Source: Trichoplax adhaerens
Lineage: Eukaryota; Animalia; Placozoa
DNA length: 64,000 bases
NCBI RefSeq assembly: GCF_000150275.1
Contig: NW_002060944.1
Location: 4,406,123-4,470,122 of the forward strand
Direction of reading: 5' to 3'
A model generated the notes under the pieces. That model had not been told where the DNA came from. It did not search any database and saw nothing but the letters and a program-made list of their open reading frames with translations. Position 1 is the first letter of the stretch; the number at the start of each line of letters is the position of its first letter. The position numbers were made by a program, and so were the translations under genes. Of the stretch, positions 1 through 13,500 are shown in pieces.

Positions 1-29
1 TTACAACGTTTTACGGATACTATGCTTAC

Positions 30-3000
30 TTTTTTCCTGTCCATTGAGGCTCACTACCTAGTTGATAGTCTCCTTGAAGGAGCAGATAAGCGGAAAATAG
101 CATGATGGAAGGGATAGCAATGTTCTAGGGAATCAAGATACATTATTTTGAATATGTGTAAGATATAAAACGGAAAGTTAAAATAATTTGCTTCATTTAA
201 TTATGTTTCATTATACGCGTAGGCGTAAAATGTTTGGATTTAAATTATTAGGAAAAGCTCGAGATATATCACAGTTATGTCATTTCTATTCGTCATTGAA
301 AGAAAAAATCTTCAGCTCAAAATTGTATGATACTGATAATTATAATTAATAGAAGCGTACATCATTAAAGTATCGCAATAATTGGTTAAATATTTTTGAT
401 GTTATTCGTACTCGATAATGGCTAGGTCGTAGAGCTGACTGTCGTACATTAAACTAATTTCACGTTTATTCATCGATATTTACAATAAACGGTACGTGAA
501 TCTAGACGAGTAGCTAAGCTAGTGATCGAAGATGATTCGATTATTGTAGCTAAAGTGAGGGTATATCATTACACAAATAAGAAGAGATAGAAATTTAATA
601 AGTTACGATAATCTCGAAATGATTAATCTAATAAGAGTTAAATTAGTCTAGCATAAATCTGAAGCAAAGTAGAATACTTTCGGACATCACAAGTAATTTC
701 ATTTAGAGGAAGAAAATATAAAATTTATTTAATACTGTCCAATGAGAAATTTACTTACCCGACCAGGACATTGATGGGTCTTTTCACACTGATCCTTAGA
801 GAAAGGCCCAGCTTCCCAGTACAAATAATTTTTAAGATCCTGTTTAAAAGTAAATTGACAAAATCTTCAAATTTCATGATTGATATGGAAGAATACTGTA
901 CCTATAATCCTTAACTACAGCTAAAAAGGTAGTCTATATAATTAAGTGAGATATAAATCTTACCGGATTATTAAAAAATCGCAGTGCTTGAAAGGTAAGC
1001 GGATCATCGAATACTCTAGTATCTCGGTGTGCCCAAAAGAGATTAGCTACCATTAATTTGCCTTTTGGAATCTTGTAAGTTCCGGTATTAGATTTAATCA
1101 TTAAATCTTCACTAAAAGATAGGCAAAAGAATTAGACTAAAAGTAGAGAATGTGCGGTACAGTAACTTGCTAAATAACGATATTTTCATCATAAGTATAA
1201 TAATTATAACTATGTATTTGGTGTGGATCAAGACATGTCCACTAATATTTTCCTGTATGTTATAGTTTGGACTGTATGTGCCTCTATACTACTGAAGCTG
1301 ATTAAATTTTTTGACTACTTTAGGCAATCGAATATTAAAAAGCAATTTAAAACTTGCTAAAAAATGAAATAGTCAATTAGGTATCCCCTTCAAAAGGGAA
1401 ATACTTACACTGCTCGTCCAAAAATTAAATTCACGGGTGAAGACATTCTAAGATTCTGTAATTTGATAGAATATCATACTGTTAGTTTAAGAAGAGAATA
1501 GTTTAATTTTGTAACCATCATTATCTTGCTACTATTTGCTGTATCCAGTTTACTACAATAGTATATGAACTATATGGGTTAAGGATGCCAATTCTGGAAT
1601 AGTATTTAGTTATGATTTATTTTTGTTTGCCACAAACTCAACAATGGATAATCTAAAACTAAATAGTTAAATTTTTCAATATTAATTCATGACGTATTTT
1701 TCTTTCCCGTTTTACTCAATTCTAACTCCAATTCTCATTTCAAACAATTAAAAGATCATGTAGAGGGATAATTGTACTTTCATCTTAACTTAATATCATA
1801 GATAAATATATTATTGTTTGATGTGAACGGAGAGCTGAATATGGTATTTTAATGAAATTGTATCCGTCTATGCGTACTTTGTCTTAGCAAAATATTTTCG
1901 TTGATAATTAAGAGGAGAAGATCAAGTAATCATTTTAATTTTTCTTTTACTCACTTCCAAAACAAATGAATGGAGCTTTCTCATTTGACACAAAGCTTGA
2001 CCAGTTAGGCCTCCATATTTATCTATAGCACTTTTAATATCTTCGATTAATTCGCTTTTGATATTTTCGTCTAATATTGATATCCTTGCAGCACATGTCC
2101 GAAAGGCAGCACTGCATCCTCCATAGTAATTGAAGCTAATTCATTACCAAGATGCAAATTGAAAGTTATAGAATTAGTAGAGGTATAAAAAATACATCAA
2201 AGAGCCCTAATTTAGCTTTCCTAAGACAGAAATAAATTATGTAACGACGTCTACATCAAGAATTTATTTATCGTGAGGAATTGGATGGATTATGCCTGCT
2301 GTAATAGGATCGTGAATTACTGACCGCAGTATTGTACTTCTATTATGCAGAAACTCATTTCCAGAAAAAATATGTACTATGATTATTTTAAATCTAACTA
2401 TATTGATTCTACTTTCCTATGATGACTTACAGAATGGAAAAGAGAATATTGTTTAATGCTTCCTCTTCAGAAACTGATCGTTTGTCAGCTAGTTTGATCA
2501 TGCTCTGATAGTGGGGAGATTCTTTAATTCCATTGGTGAGAATTGCATATCCAACGATAGCCTTGGAGAAAAATTTAGTTTTGACCCCTAAAGCTGATCT
2601 AGAGAGGTAATAAAAAGTAGAATAAATCGTTAATCAAGAAGATTCTGTGATAGCTACTGTAATTTATTTGATCTACACCGAGTTTAGAATAATTTCGAGA
2701 CAATTGGATATACTACATAACGTATCTATTGAATTGTTACTGTACCACCATAATCGCATTAGATTTAATCTAATGAATAAGATCTAGTGACAAGAAAAAA
2801 TTCTAAATAGAATGACTCTTAAGTGATTAGGATAGACTTAATTAAATAGAAATTTACTATAATCTGTAGTAAAATATTCCGAGTATCAAAGTCTATTCTA
2901 GAACGCTTGGAAAAACTATCGTAAAATATTAGTATCATATGTTCGATCTCTCACTATTATCATATCTAATTTAACCTCAAGTATAAGACGTATAGGAATC

Positions 3001-5975
3001 CTAAAAATTACTTAATTATGATTACATTCAAGTGATTGGGATAGACATAGTAAAGATAAAATGAATAACTAAACACGACTATAATTATACAAGTATACAC
3101 AACAATTCTAAGGCAAATTGAACGACTATGCTTAACTGAAGAGATTTAAATTTATGTCCTTATTAGGCTTAATTTCATGATTGATACAAGACTGAAAGAT
3201 CGTTAAAATCATCTTAATTTGTAATTCTTTCCCTTCAACCCTTTCACGTCCGATTTCGCTACTATGCGTAATCGAAGAGATTCAATTTTTGTCCTTATTA
3301 GGCTTAATTTCATGGATAGTACAAGGCTGAAAGATTATTAAAATCATCTGAATTTGAAATTCTATCCCTCCAACTCTTTCATATCCCATTTTTCTCTATT
3401 GTATAATCATTAATTTCGATCGATTTACGTTATAGTTACGAGTTATATCATGAACGTTTATTTTTTGTACTGCTAAAGAATTAAGCACAACTCAATTTTC
3501 TCAATAAGCTTATTTTAATACGGTTAAGCATTTTTACTTTATTAAAAGTACCTTTTCTTCTTCAGAATGCCCATAAGCCAATTATGAGAAGCTTCGGAAC
3601 TTATCTCTCCTCCAAGGATTGCCCGATGTACAATATCGCTGCATAACCTTAAAATATCCATTTCCCATTCTTTGGCAATACCCGCACCTAGACAAGATTA
3701 AAAATACGATAAATATTACAAGACCAATTTCGAAAGAGGAAGAGAATATTCCTTATGATTCTAGTAGTATTTATACTTCAAATAGGATTTAACGAAATGT
3801 GATGTCCTCAAGTCAAGGTACTATTTAAAGTCACAAGTCTGCAAGTATCCGCGTACTTGTCCGCAAGTAAGAGTACGCTGAAAATCAGTCTCTGCAACAG
3901 AAACTTACCCGTATAACTCTTTTCCCATAAGCTGAAATGTTTTTCAACTGCTTCATTGGTCACTTTAATTAAGTAATCAACCGATGTAGCACGAAAAACA
4001 TCCATTAGAAACTTTCGATAGCGTTCATGTACTTCTCCATTACAAAATATAGATGGTCTTATTTGACCAGTTAGATTTTTGTTGAATTTTAATCGACCAA
4101 AGCCATCATCTTTAGTCACCTGTTATGAAAAGAAATTAGTAAAATCGACGAAATGAAATCTTAATAGAGTCAATGTTATTGCTATCATCATCTTGCTAAA
4201 ATAGATGGAAATAATAATCTTCCAAGAGTACCCTGCATATATAGATACCTAGGTTATCAAATCATTCTTATCTAAATCGCCAATGACAAGTTGTAGTATT
4301 GATATAGTATTTCATTTTACCTTACTATAATCGAAAACTGCAGTTGCACTTTGGCTATCGCACAAGGCGAAAGCTTCTACTCCCAAATTAATTCTAAAGA
4401 TGGTATGGCCAGTCTTCTCTTGAATGGTTTTAAAATATAGATTTCCTTCCTATGGACAATTATCAAGACATTTTTGATGAAATTCACTCCATTATTACGT
4501 TGAAAAGTTATTTCACAAAAACTCTCTCTTCATAGCGGCCCTTCGCTCGTTATGAAGAGATCATAAGAGGTAAATAAGGACGAATTGTAAAATGAATTGT
4601 TCAAAACTTATATAAAGACCCATGCTTTTATTATTATTTTCGATCGTAATTATTTCAATTGAAAGCATAACAGGGGTTAGATCAATCAGGGTTTGAATAG
4701 AAATAAGTGCATCAAACTCTTGTATAAGTATTTTTTTAGCTTTTATCAGTTAAAATGATTTAAACACAAAGATAATCTTGCCTAACTGAAATACCTATCT
4801 AGTAGCGTTTTAAGTCACTTCAGATAATACTGTCGTGATACATTTTTTTGTTGTAGTTATAACCTGAAATTGCGTTAATTATTAACGATTACTTTGACTA
4901 CTTTTTCCTTTACAATTTTGAGAATAAATCTTCACTTATCTCTGTCAATTTAGCGCTAATAGATGGCAGATTGTATATTAAGTGTTTATTCAAATTAAAA
5001 ATAATCATCTATAGCAGACTGTGCCATAAAATCGATGGAGGAATTCAGTGTCAAGTATCATACATAGTATTTATCTCATTTCTATCTTAATTAAAAGTGT
5101 CATCGATCCAAGCCATGATAAACACATCTATAAGGCATCTTAGTTATAGGATTAACCAAAGAATGTTTAGCTAAAGCAAACAAATCAATAAATAAGAGTG
5201 ACATCATCAAGCAAACTTACTTTGATGTCTATTCTATTCTAATAGATCCAGTAGGAGCTCGAGTAAAACTAAATTCTTATTTTATTTCACACGTGTATTA
5301 CTATCATAAAAGTAGCGAATATTGACTCATTACACAAATTTTTAATTTCTACCCTAGGCTTCTGCGCTAAAATAGTGAACATAATCTGGAAACATTTCAG
5401 CGTAGTTTATGATGAAGTGACGTACGAAGCGCTTCCTTGGATTTTAAGGCATCTTTAACTTTGCATTCTAGTAGAAAAATTGATCTGCTTAAAATGTGCT
5501 ACTATAACTGATTTTAACTTAATTTGCAACCGGTTGCCATGTAACTAATGATAATGTATAGCTCCCGCAGTTCAAATGCCTTTTGATGGTTACGATACTT
5601 CTCCAAGCAACAGTTGGTTGGACGAAAAGAATGATAGTTTTGATATTTTAGCGGATAATATCGCTAATTCTTACGTGATAATAATAAGAACTAGATCCCG
5701 TAAATTCGGATTCAATAAATAACGTGGATATAATTTTAATTTAAAATTCCTTTTCTATTCGACATACCGATATCATGATAGATAAAATTGGACAATACTA
5801 TAATATTAACAAACTCCACCCTAAAACACTTTATAACATGGCGAATTGATAGTTATGGTAGTAATGATCGCTTATTTGCTACCTTTAATAGCTTCATAAC
5901 ACTGGGTATAGTCCAACCCAATGAATTAGCCACTTTCTTAGGGTTGTCATCGCTATTAACAGGTTCTACCTTCAT
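30..5975 (-). CDS. CYP74-clan cytochrome P450 (allene oxide synthase/HPL/EAS-like), paralog A; 3' partial, last exon lies left of the window
   Basis: Exons with GT-AG boundaries and compatible phases: 5883-5975, 4321-4449, 3909-4119, 3552-3687, 2431-2598, 1955-2135, 1409-1455, 964-1111, 759-839, 30-124. Motifs: YFKTIQEKTGHTIFRIN, VFDYSKVTKDDGFG, I-helix LFNYYGG, ExxR (E-NLR), HRDTRVFDDP, and heme loop WEAGPFSKDQCEKTHQCPGR with the CYP74-type insertion. Confidence 0.92.
3138..3391. repeat. Diverged tandem duplication (~136 bp period, 2 copies) in intron 4 of CYP paralog A
   Basis: gaagagatt...tgtccttattaggcttaatttcatg...ctgaaagat...ttaaaatcatct begins at 3138 and again at 3274. Confidence 0.85.
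5533..5545. promoter_or_regulatory. RFX X-box-like site in intron 1 of CYP paralog A
   Basis: GTTGCCATGTAAC: a perfect GTTGCCATG half-site with a second half one base short. Confidence 0.35.
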
Positions 5976-6240
5976 GGTTCTACGCGATGAAATGAATAGT
6001 TGGCGATGCTGATGTTTGATTCACTTGAACTTCAATTTAGTCCTTGAAAGATAAATTCAAGGTGTTATCGAGTTAATATACGGCCTTGGTTACCTTTGAT
6101 GAAAGCCAGGATACAAGTATCGCTTCAGTATTCGACTGATGACTATTTTTAACTCAATTACAATATATACATATACATGCGTTGATACGGTATTAGAAGC
6201 AGTAAGAAAGTGTGAGAAAAGCAAAAGGTGAATAGGTCAT

Positions 6241-6250
6241 ATTGGCCAAT
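6241..6250. promoter_or_regulatory. Palindromic double CCAAT (NF-Y-like) box upstream of CYP paralog A
   Basis: ATTGGCCAAT, about 35 bp from the X-box at 6286. Confidence 0.35.
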
Positions 6251-6285
6251 CGACAGAATAACATCGTAACTATCACTTGATCTTA

Positions 6286-6299
6286 GTTGCTATGGTAAC
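6286..6299. promoter_or_regulatory. RFX X-box upstream of CYP paralog A
   Basis: GTTGCTATGGTAAC matches the GTNRCYATRGYAAC consensus; about 310 bp upstream of the ATG at 5975. Confidence 0.6.
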
Positions 6300-9200
6300 C
6301 TAGTCGACGACAATGAGCTATTTTTTTTAATCATAGGCTGATTCGACCAAACTAAACAACCGGTAAATTCTTTCGTCATGAATTCATTATTATTCATGTC
6401 CATTCTATCATACGATTCTGAAGAAATTCGAATAATTTGTTGCCTATAATTATTATTAATCTACTACTCAATCTGGTATTATTTAGCCGTATCATAATAA
6501 CATATTGTCGATAAGGATCCTACATAGGCCCATGATATGCGTATAGGCTATATAGTGCTATAAATAATTCAGATCATGGATAAAGGGTGCACCAAATATA
6601 AACATCGTGATTTAAAAATTATTATAATTTAAATACAAAGGTAATTGCGATATACTATTGTAATGTAACTTAGTATTGTGATGTAGACTGTTAGCCATGT
6701 TTAGTATAATGTACGGTAGATATTTATCCTAAGAGATATTTGGTAGCCAAAACTATAGACTGTAGTGGTATAGACTCTATGCTAGAGTATAGATGACTAT
6801 ATACAGTAAGGTGTTGAGTTACTAATAAGGTTATAGGTAAAAATAGAACTGTAAATCATATATTAGGATATGGTTAATTCATTGTACTTTGGCTGGTGTG
6901 AATAATGTCTACGTAAGTACTGTAGTCGTATCCATATCGGATTAATGATGGTCTGCAGTAGAATAGTGTTACTAAGAAAAATTTTACTATGTGTAAAATA
7001 AGGTAAAAGGTTGTCATGCAGATTGTAGCTGCGAGTACTACGAAAAGTATAAAAGCATGCAACTTTAGATTATTCTGTTAGTTCGTTCTAGAAATCTTTA
7101 GTAGTAGTATTCGGTTAGAGTAGAGCTGTGTGTAGTTAATCTTTGTCAAAGATTCAATAAAGCCCTTATTTTTCTAAAATTTGGAATTTCGTGATCGGTA
7201 TACAGTATATCACATCTATACTACCGGAATATGATTTAAAATTGCTACTGCATTACGTATCTCGTATTTATAATTAAAGATATTTTACAATGTTTTGAAA
7301 TTATGATGATTTCTATTAGAATAGATAGGATCGCGCAGAACATTGTAGGTGTTACGATTAGCATAGTTTTATAGTTATTATAACAGTAAAAGACTATTAC
7401 TCGATCATTAGAGTATAGAATAGGATGTTTAACGTTTAGGTATGAAAGTATATGACAAATACTAAGCATCGATATACTCATATATGCAGTACAGAATTAG
7501 ATATCAGAAATACGTTGTAATTTTAAATTTCATCTATTTCTTAGTATTAGTTTTATGTAACCATACATATACAGAGAAGTATTCCACTTTTTTATATTGC
7601 TATAAAGTTATAGATGAAAAAATTATAGCATCTGTTAAATTAGAATTAGACAAGTAGAGTAGATAAAGTTCCAGGATAAAATTGTAGTTCATTGTTAATT
7701 AAAATGTCAAGTTTTGAACGTAAAATTATAGTAAAATTCGAGATTGAATAAGTTAGTAATATGATACTAGAGTAAAACTATAGCCAAATATTGACGTAAC
7801 TGTTGTAACAAGTTTTATTAATGTTGAATTATAGCTTTCGATTGGTACCCGATATAGGAAAGCTGATTCTAAAACTACCAGATGTTTATGAGTATATTTA
7901 ATGATTGTCGTTAATATGAAGTATTTATTAATAACCCATCTATAAAGAATTCATATCGTTAGATATACGGTAATATGTTTTGAAAAAATATATAGTATCA
8001 AAGGCGACATTAAATAATTCGTAGCGGTTTAGATCCATAGCAACAGCCTTACTAGTATAAGTTCTAACTTTAATCAATATAAACGAGAAAAAAACAGTTG
8101 TTATGGTTTATCTGGACATTTACATGTTAATCAAATGATTATGGCTTCTGTAGTCTATGCATTTGTTTATCAATAGTAGATCAGTAAAGAATTCGCTGCA
8201 GGATACAGTTATGTATGATCGAAAGTTATAGTAATACGTCATAACTGCGTCAATTAATATTTTAATTATAATGATTATGATAGCACGTGATAATAGAAAC
8301 GAAGTTATTTATGCCTTTGGTCTGAAGATACATAAGTCAATTTAGTAAATCGCGTATTCAAGAATGAATAGCTTAGGTAGTAAGTTTATATGTTATGCAT
8401 ATAGGCTATACTTTCGATCATTGGCATGTATTGTCATCATAGATGGAACAAATAGTACCCTAGCCTAATTGTTTATCTTTGGTTAGAGTAAAATAGATAG
8501 GCATCAATTCTTTATGGACATTGTAATTGACTACATAATTCTATCTTAGATAGTACTTCTTATACAGTATTTGACCTGATATAAAGCTTAAGAAGTAATA
8601 CAGCACTAAATTTATTGCTGTATATGTTCTTTATTATTTGTGGTGTTGCAGAAATATTATATGAAGCTGAATAGATTTATCTAGTTTATTTACCCTAATA
8701 TTTTATTAATACTTCGTTCTTTACATAAGAGATTGAAATTTTTTAACATATTTAGCTTTGCTGTCCTTTCATAAAAATATCAAAGGTAACACATTTCTTA
8801 CCAACCTGTTAATAATTGTAATACGCATACAATTAATTTGTATTATCATATACTATACACGCATATCAATATAATGAGAATATACTGCAGACCTTAATGC
8901 GTCAAGTGTACTAGTGTATCACAACGTAACTGATTTACTTATCTTTCAAATGATTACTTAGTGATACATATGACAGTAAGAAATCTGATAATAAGATTTA
9001 TTTATCTTATATTTTGTAATAACGGACTACTTTACATGTCCGTAACCTAACCAATCAGGTTATAAATGCATGTAATAATTGAAATTATAGTTATCTATAC
9101 GCATGATAAGAAATTTATAAAAATTTGAGCTCTATGAAATCTTAATATAATATTACCTATCATTATGCCAACTAATGATAAACCAAGATAAATATTGCTA

Positions 9201-10577
9201 TAATTTTAAATAGCTAAATTCCATGTAAAACCGGAAATATGCCTTAGTTTTCACTCAGAATAAGGTTTAATCCTGTCTAGGTGCCTATACTGTATATGAT
9301 GTAACACACATCTTTTATTTTGAATTTACTCTTGGTCACCGTTTAATTTCAAAGCGGTATTAGACCGGACTGATATTGAATTTTTATCATTTTCATAAAT
9401 TTTTTTGTGCAAAAATTTATAATTTCATGCAACATAGTGCAATCAATTTATACTGTGAGATGACTTAGATCCAATTATAATTGACATAGCTACTAATCAA
9501 ATATAAGTCAATTATGAAGATCAGTAACCAGTTTTACTTCATAATAATATTAAATCGTCTCTAATTAAAAGCTAAAATAGTATTTATCAATTTTACATTA
9601 TCTGTTTGCAGATGGTGTACAAATATCACAAGTGCAAAAATGGTTTCTAACCTTAGATAATGCTATTCAACACATTAAAATATGAAATATCATCTATCTC
9701 GTTATGATGCATATAAAATGAAGTTAAACCACCAATACTCTTTTGTTATTAAATTATCTGCTCTTACTAGATATTATTTCTGAGCAAGAAATTCATTCTA
9801 GACCGTAGAATCATGTTTAAAGAGTTACATATCATAAAAATAATTTAATATCCGCCTTAAACGCAAATCAAATATATCCTATCTATCGGAATCTCGATTT
9901 TTTACTTAAGGAGTAGTTATTCATGAATAAAAATCTATTTGAACTTGTAAAATTATTAATAGATAGTCTGAAGAAAAGCTTATTTATAAAGTATTGTGAT
10001 TAATACTTAGTGAGCTACTGCATCAAAAGCAGTATCTGGGCCTAATAAATTAAAAGAATCCAAGACATGTGTTGGTAGATTAACGGAAAACTAGAAATTG
10101 AAAAGCAAGATAGTGTATTAGAATCTGGAGTAGCCTAGGCTAATCAATCTTTAATTTGCTATTAGAGTAGACAATACTTTTAAATTTTTAGTTAGTGAGT
10201 GGAATAGATTCGAATTTTTCAATTTATTGTTATAAAATATAATCAAGATTAGCTCTACGTATAGATTAATTTTTTTCTCACCGATTATGAGGGTGAATAA
10301 TATTTAAACTTATAGTTATCGAATAAAGTTGATTAGATCGTATTATCTATTTACATCTTAGTCATCTATAGCTGCTTAGTAAATACTGGAATTATCATCT
10401 TAAACAATACTATAACGAAGTCTATGAGACTGAATTACTTTTTATGCATGTCATTACATTAGACTAGACAATGTGGTATATTGCTTGTCACGTGCCTTTA
10501 TAAGTGAACATACCATAGTGATGCATAACGAAATATTTACAAGGCCTTCTATGCAAGAAAAATCTAATTTAATCAGC

Positions 10578-13500
10578 TTATACCTTAGCTGGTTGAAAGG
10601 AGAACTGTTTCAGACTGATAGGTTCGTCAGGACAGCCACTTCGACTAGATCTAGAAACATCCAAAGCAGGGATTAATAATAGCGGTAATCGTTTAAATAA
10701 TAAAGGATAAAACCGATAATATTCATATTAGCTTGATACTGGTAATGCTTTATTTTTAGATCTTTTAAGAAATAGTCCAGTATTCATGAACTGATATTAA
10801 TGATAATTAGATTAACCATGAATTACTTGAGATACTCATCGATAATAGAAAATATTAATATTGTACTGCACATTTAGATGCTGATGGAAGTCATCTTAGT
10901 ATTTAAGCAAATAAATACTATAGTAGAAAGATGGGGAATAAATATCATGGATAATCCGTAGATTAATCCAGAATTAATATAATGTTAAAAAAGGTGAATT
11001 AATTGTGAACTATTTCCCTTTTTTATCTAAAATATATATAATAAGAGAGTTTTAGGGTGATATTTAGAAGATATTAAGAGTTTTTTTAGGTATTATTGAT
11101 ATACTTTTTGCCTGTCCAAATTGGCTCTTTATTCAATGTATACTGGCAGTGTAGTAGTAGATATAGACAGAAAACTTCGATCAAAGGGATGGCAATTCCC
11201 TAACGAATATTAGATACAGAATTTAGTAAAAGATGAAAGTAATATTTTCATCTTTAATACTAGTACGTTTTTATATAGCACAGATAGTACAACTCATAGC
11301 TATATTTTGACTTACCTTGCCAGGACACTGATGACTATCTTCAGTAGCGTTAACAGTATAAGGTCCTGCTTCCCACACAATGTTTTGTTTCAATGCCTAG
11401 TTGCGTATTATATTTATCAATTTTAAATGGTTATGAAAGCATTATAACTGTAAGCTAAAGATATTTCGAAATGTAATGAATTAGGGTAAATAAATCGAAA
11501 TCTGATAAAATTACCGGTTCTTCTATAAATCGGAACGGTCTAAATTCTTCAGGATTTTTAAATATGGTCGGATCACGATGTGCTGAATAAATACTACCAG
11601 CTAATAATTGTCCTTTAACCACTTTAAATTTGCCTGATGATGAATAGATAACCAAATCTCGCCTAGTTACACAATAAACGTTGAATAGATATTTCAATTT
11701 TAATGCCAAAATTAATTTCTAATTTATCATGCTATCAAGTTATCTAGATGTAAAAAAATGTCTATCCTGTTTTTTACAATATATTATTATGGCTAAAACT
11801 AAATTGGAATTTGCACCTATCTAGTTTCTTGATCGGTATTATTCAAATTGTAAGTCTAGTCACTATTTCGCGATAGCTATCACTATCGCTTTCTCAAGTA
11901 CTTTCTTCTTATACAAGTACTTACTCAAAGTTTATTAAAACGAAAAAACTTACTTTGTACGGCCAAATATCATAGAAATAGGAGGTGAAGTACGTAATAC
12001 CTATAAATAAGAAATAGATTTAATGTCCATTACTCCATAAGATATTTAATATTTAGAATAAGATCGCCTGATAATATCAAGAATTAGTTTTTGATATTCA
12101 TAATTGCATATGCAGTACGTGTATGTGTAATTTTTGCTATTACCTAGTAGTCAGTACCTTATAATCTTTATAAATCAGACTAAATTTGTGATTATTAAAG
12201 TATTGTATCTTAATACTGGGACACTTAAGAAATTTTTAGCTGCTAATTGAATGATATCTTGGTGAAGATTTATGATAATTCCAAATCTGGAACTATTAAA
12301 TAGGTGCATTAATTCTTCTAGGGTATCAAGATTTTAGAAAATTGCTACTATAAACTAGATGATGCGCTAAATATGAGTTTCGATTACTCTATTACATAGG
12401 TCAAGATACAAGGCATAATTTTGTCTGGTATTGCCAGAAATGGACTGAAGCCCGAAGAAATTGTGGCTACGCTCTACGAGAGAAATCATTAATTAAATTA
12501 CTAAAAGTCCATCTTAATTTCGCTAGGCAATAAAATATCAAGGGAGTTGCTTCTTTAAGCTAGGTGACTAGGTGTTTTTCTATGTAAATAAAAATATGTA
12601 CATTGTATACCAAAACATCGTTTTACCAAAATTCTTTATAGAAATGGATTAATTATCGCAGAAAATTTGTACCTATAGTGCAAGTTTAACTCTATTCTCC
12701 ATGAAATTAATTATAATATTACGATATGAATCAAGATAGGGCTACGCCTATCAAAGAAATATTTAATTAATCTTGTATCTCCTTGAAGATGATATCTTTA
12801 TCGAAATTATATCGGGAATCTCGAGGGCATTTTATAGAATTAATTATTAATTTATAATGTAAATCAGATTATTTATAGTAATGCGTTGCTGAGACAAGTC
12901 ATAAAGTCAAAACTTTCGTTAACATATTTCACTGTTATACTTGAAAGATTTGAAATTTTTTTAGAATATATGACATGAAAAGTTTAATTGATATCTGAAA
13001 ATTGTGGTAAAGTTTACATATGATTATTGATCTAGGGATATCGTAATATGAAGTATTCTACTGCTTTACCTCCAGAACAAATGATTCTAAAGTTCGCATT
13101 TGATACAGAGAATTCGCCGATAAACCATTATGATTTTCCAGTCGGAGCTTAATTTCGGCAATTAACCGTTCTCTTTCAGCTTCTTTTAGTAATGCTATGC
13201 GCGCTGCACATGTTCTTATAACGCAATTGCAACCTCCATAGGCATTGAAACTGCAAAGTAAATAATATTATTTAGTAAGATATTACTGGTTAGATCCTGT
13301 TCATATTCTAACACTAGATGTAACTATATCAAATAACAGCCATTCGATATAGACAATTAAATAAAATTTTGTGAGCCATAACTTTACTTACACCATGGCA
13401 AATAAAAGATTGTGTTTGGCGTCTTCAACATCTAATGAATGTTCTCCAGCAATTTGGACTATTTTCTTTAAAGTGGGTGCTCTCTCAATATGTTTCATCA

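Noticed and set aside
5221-5466. Alternative first exon(s) for CYP paralog A
   Set aside because: The frames contain stops or need micro-exons, whereas exon 5883-5975 aligns cleanly with exon 1 of paralog B.
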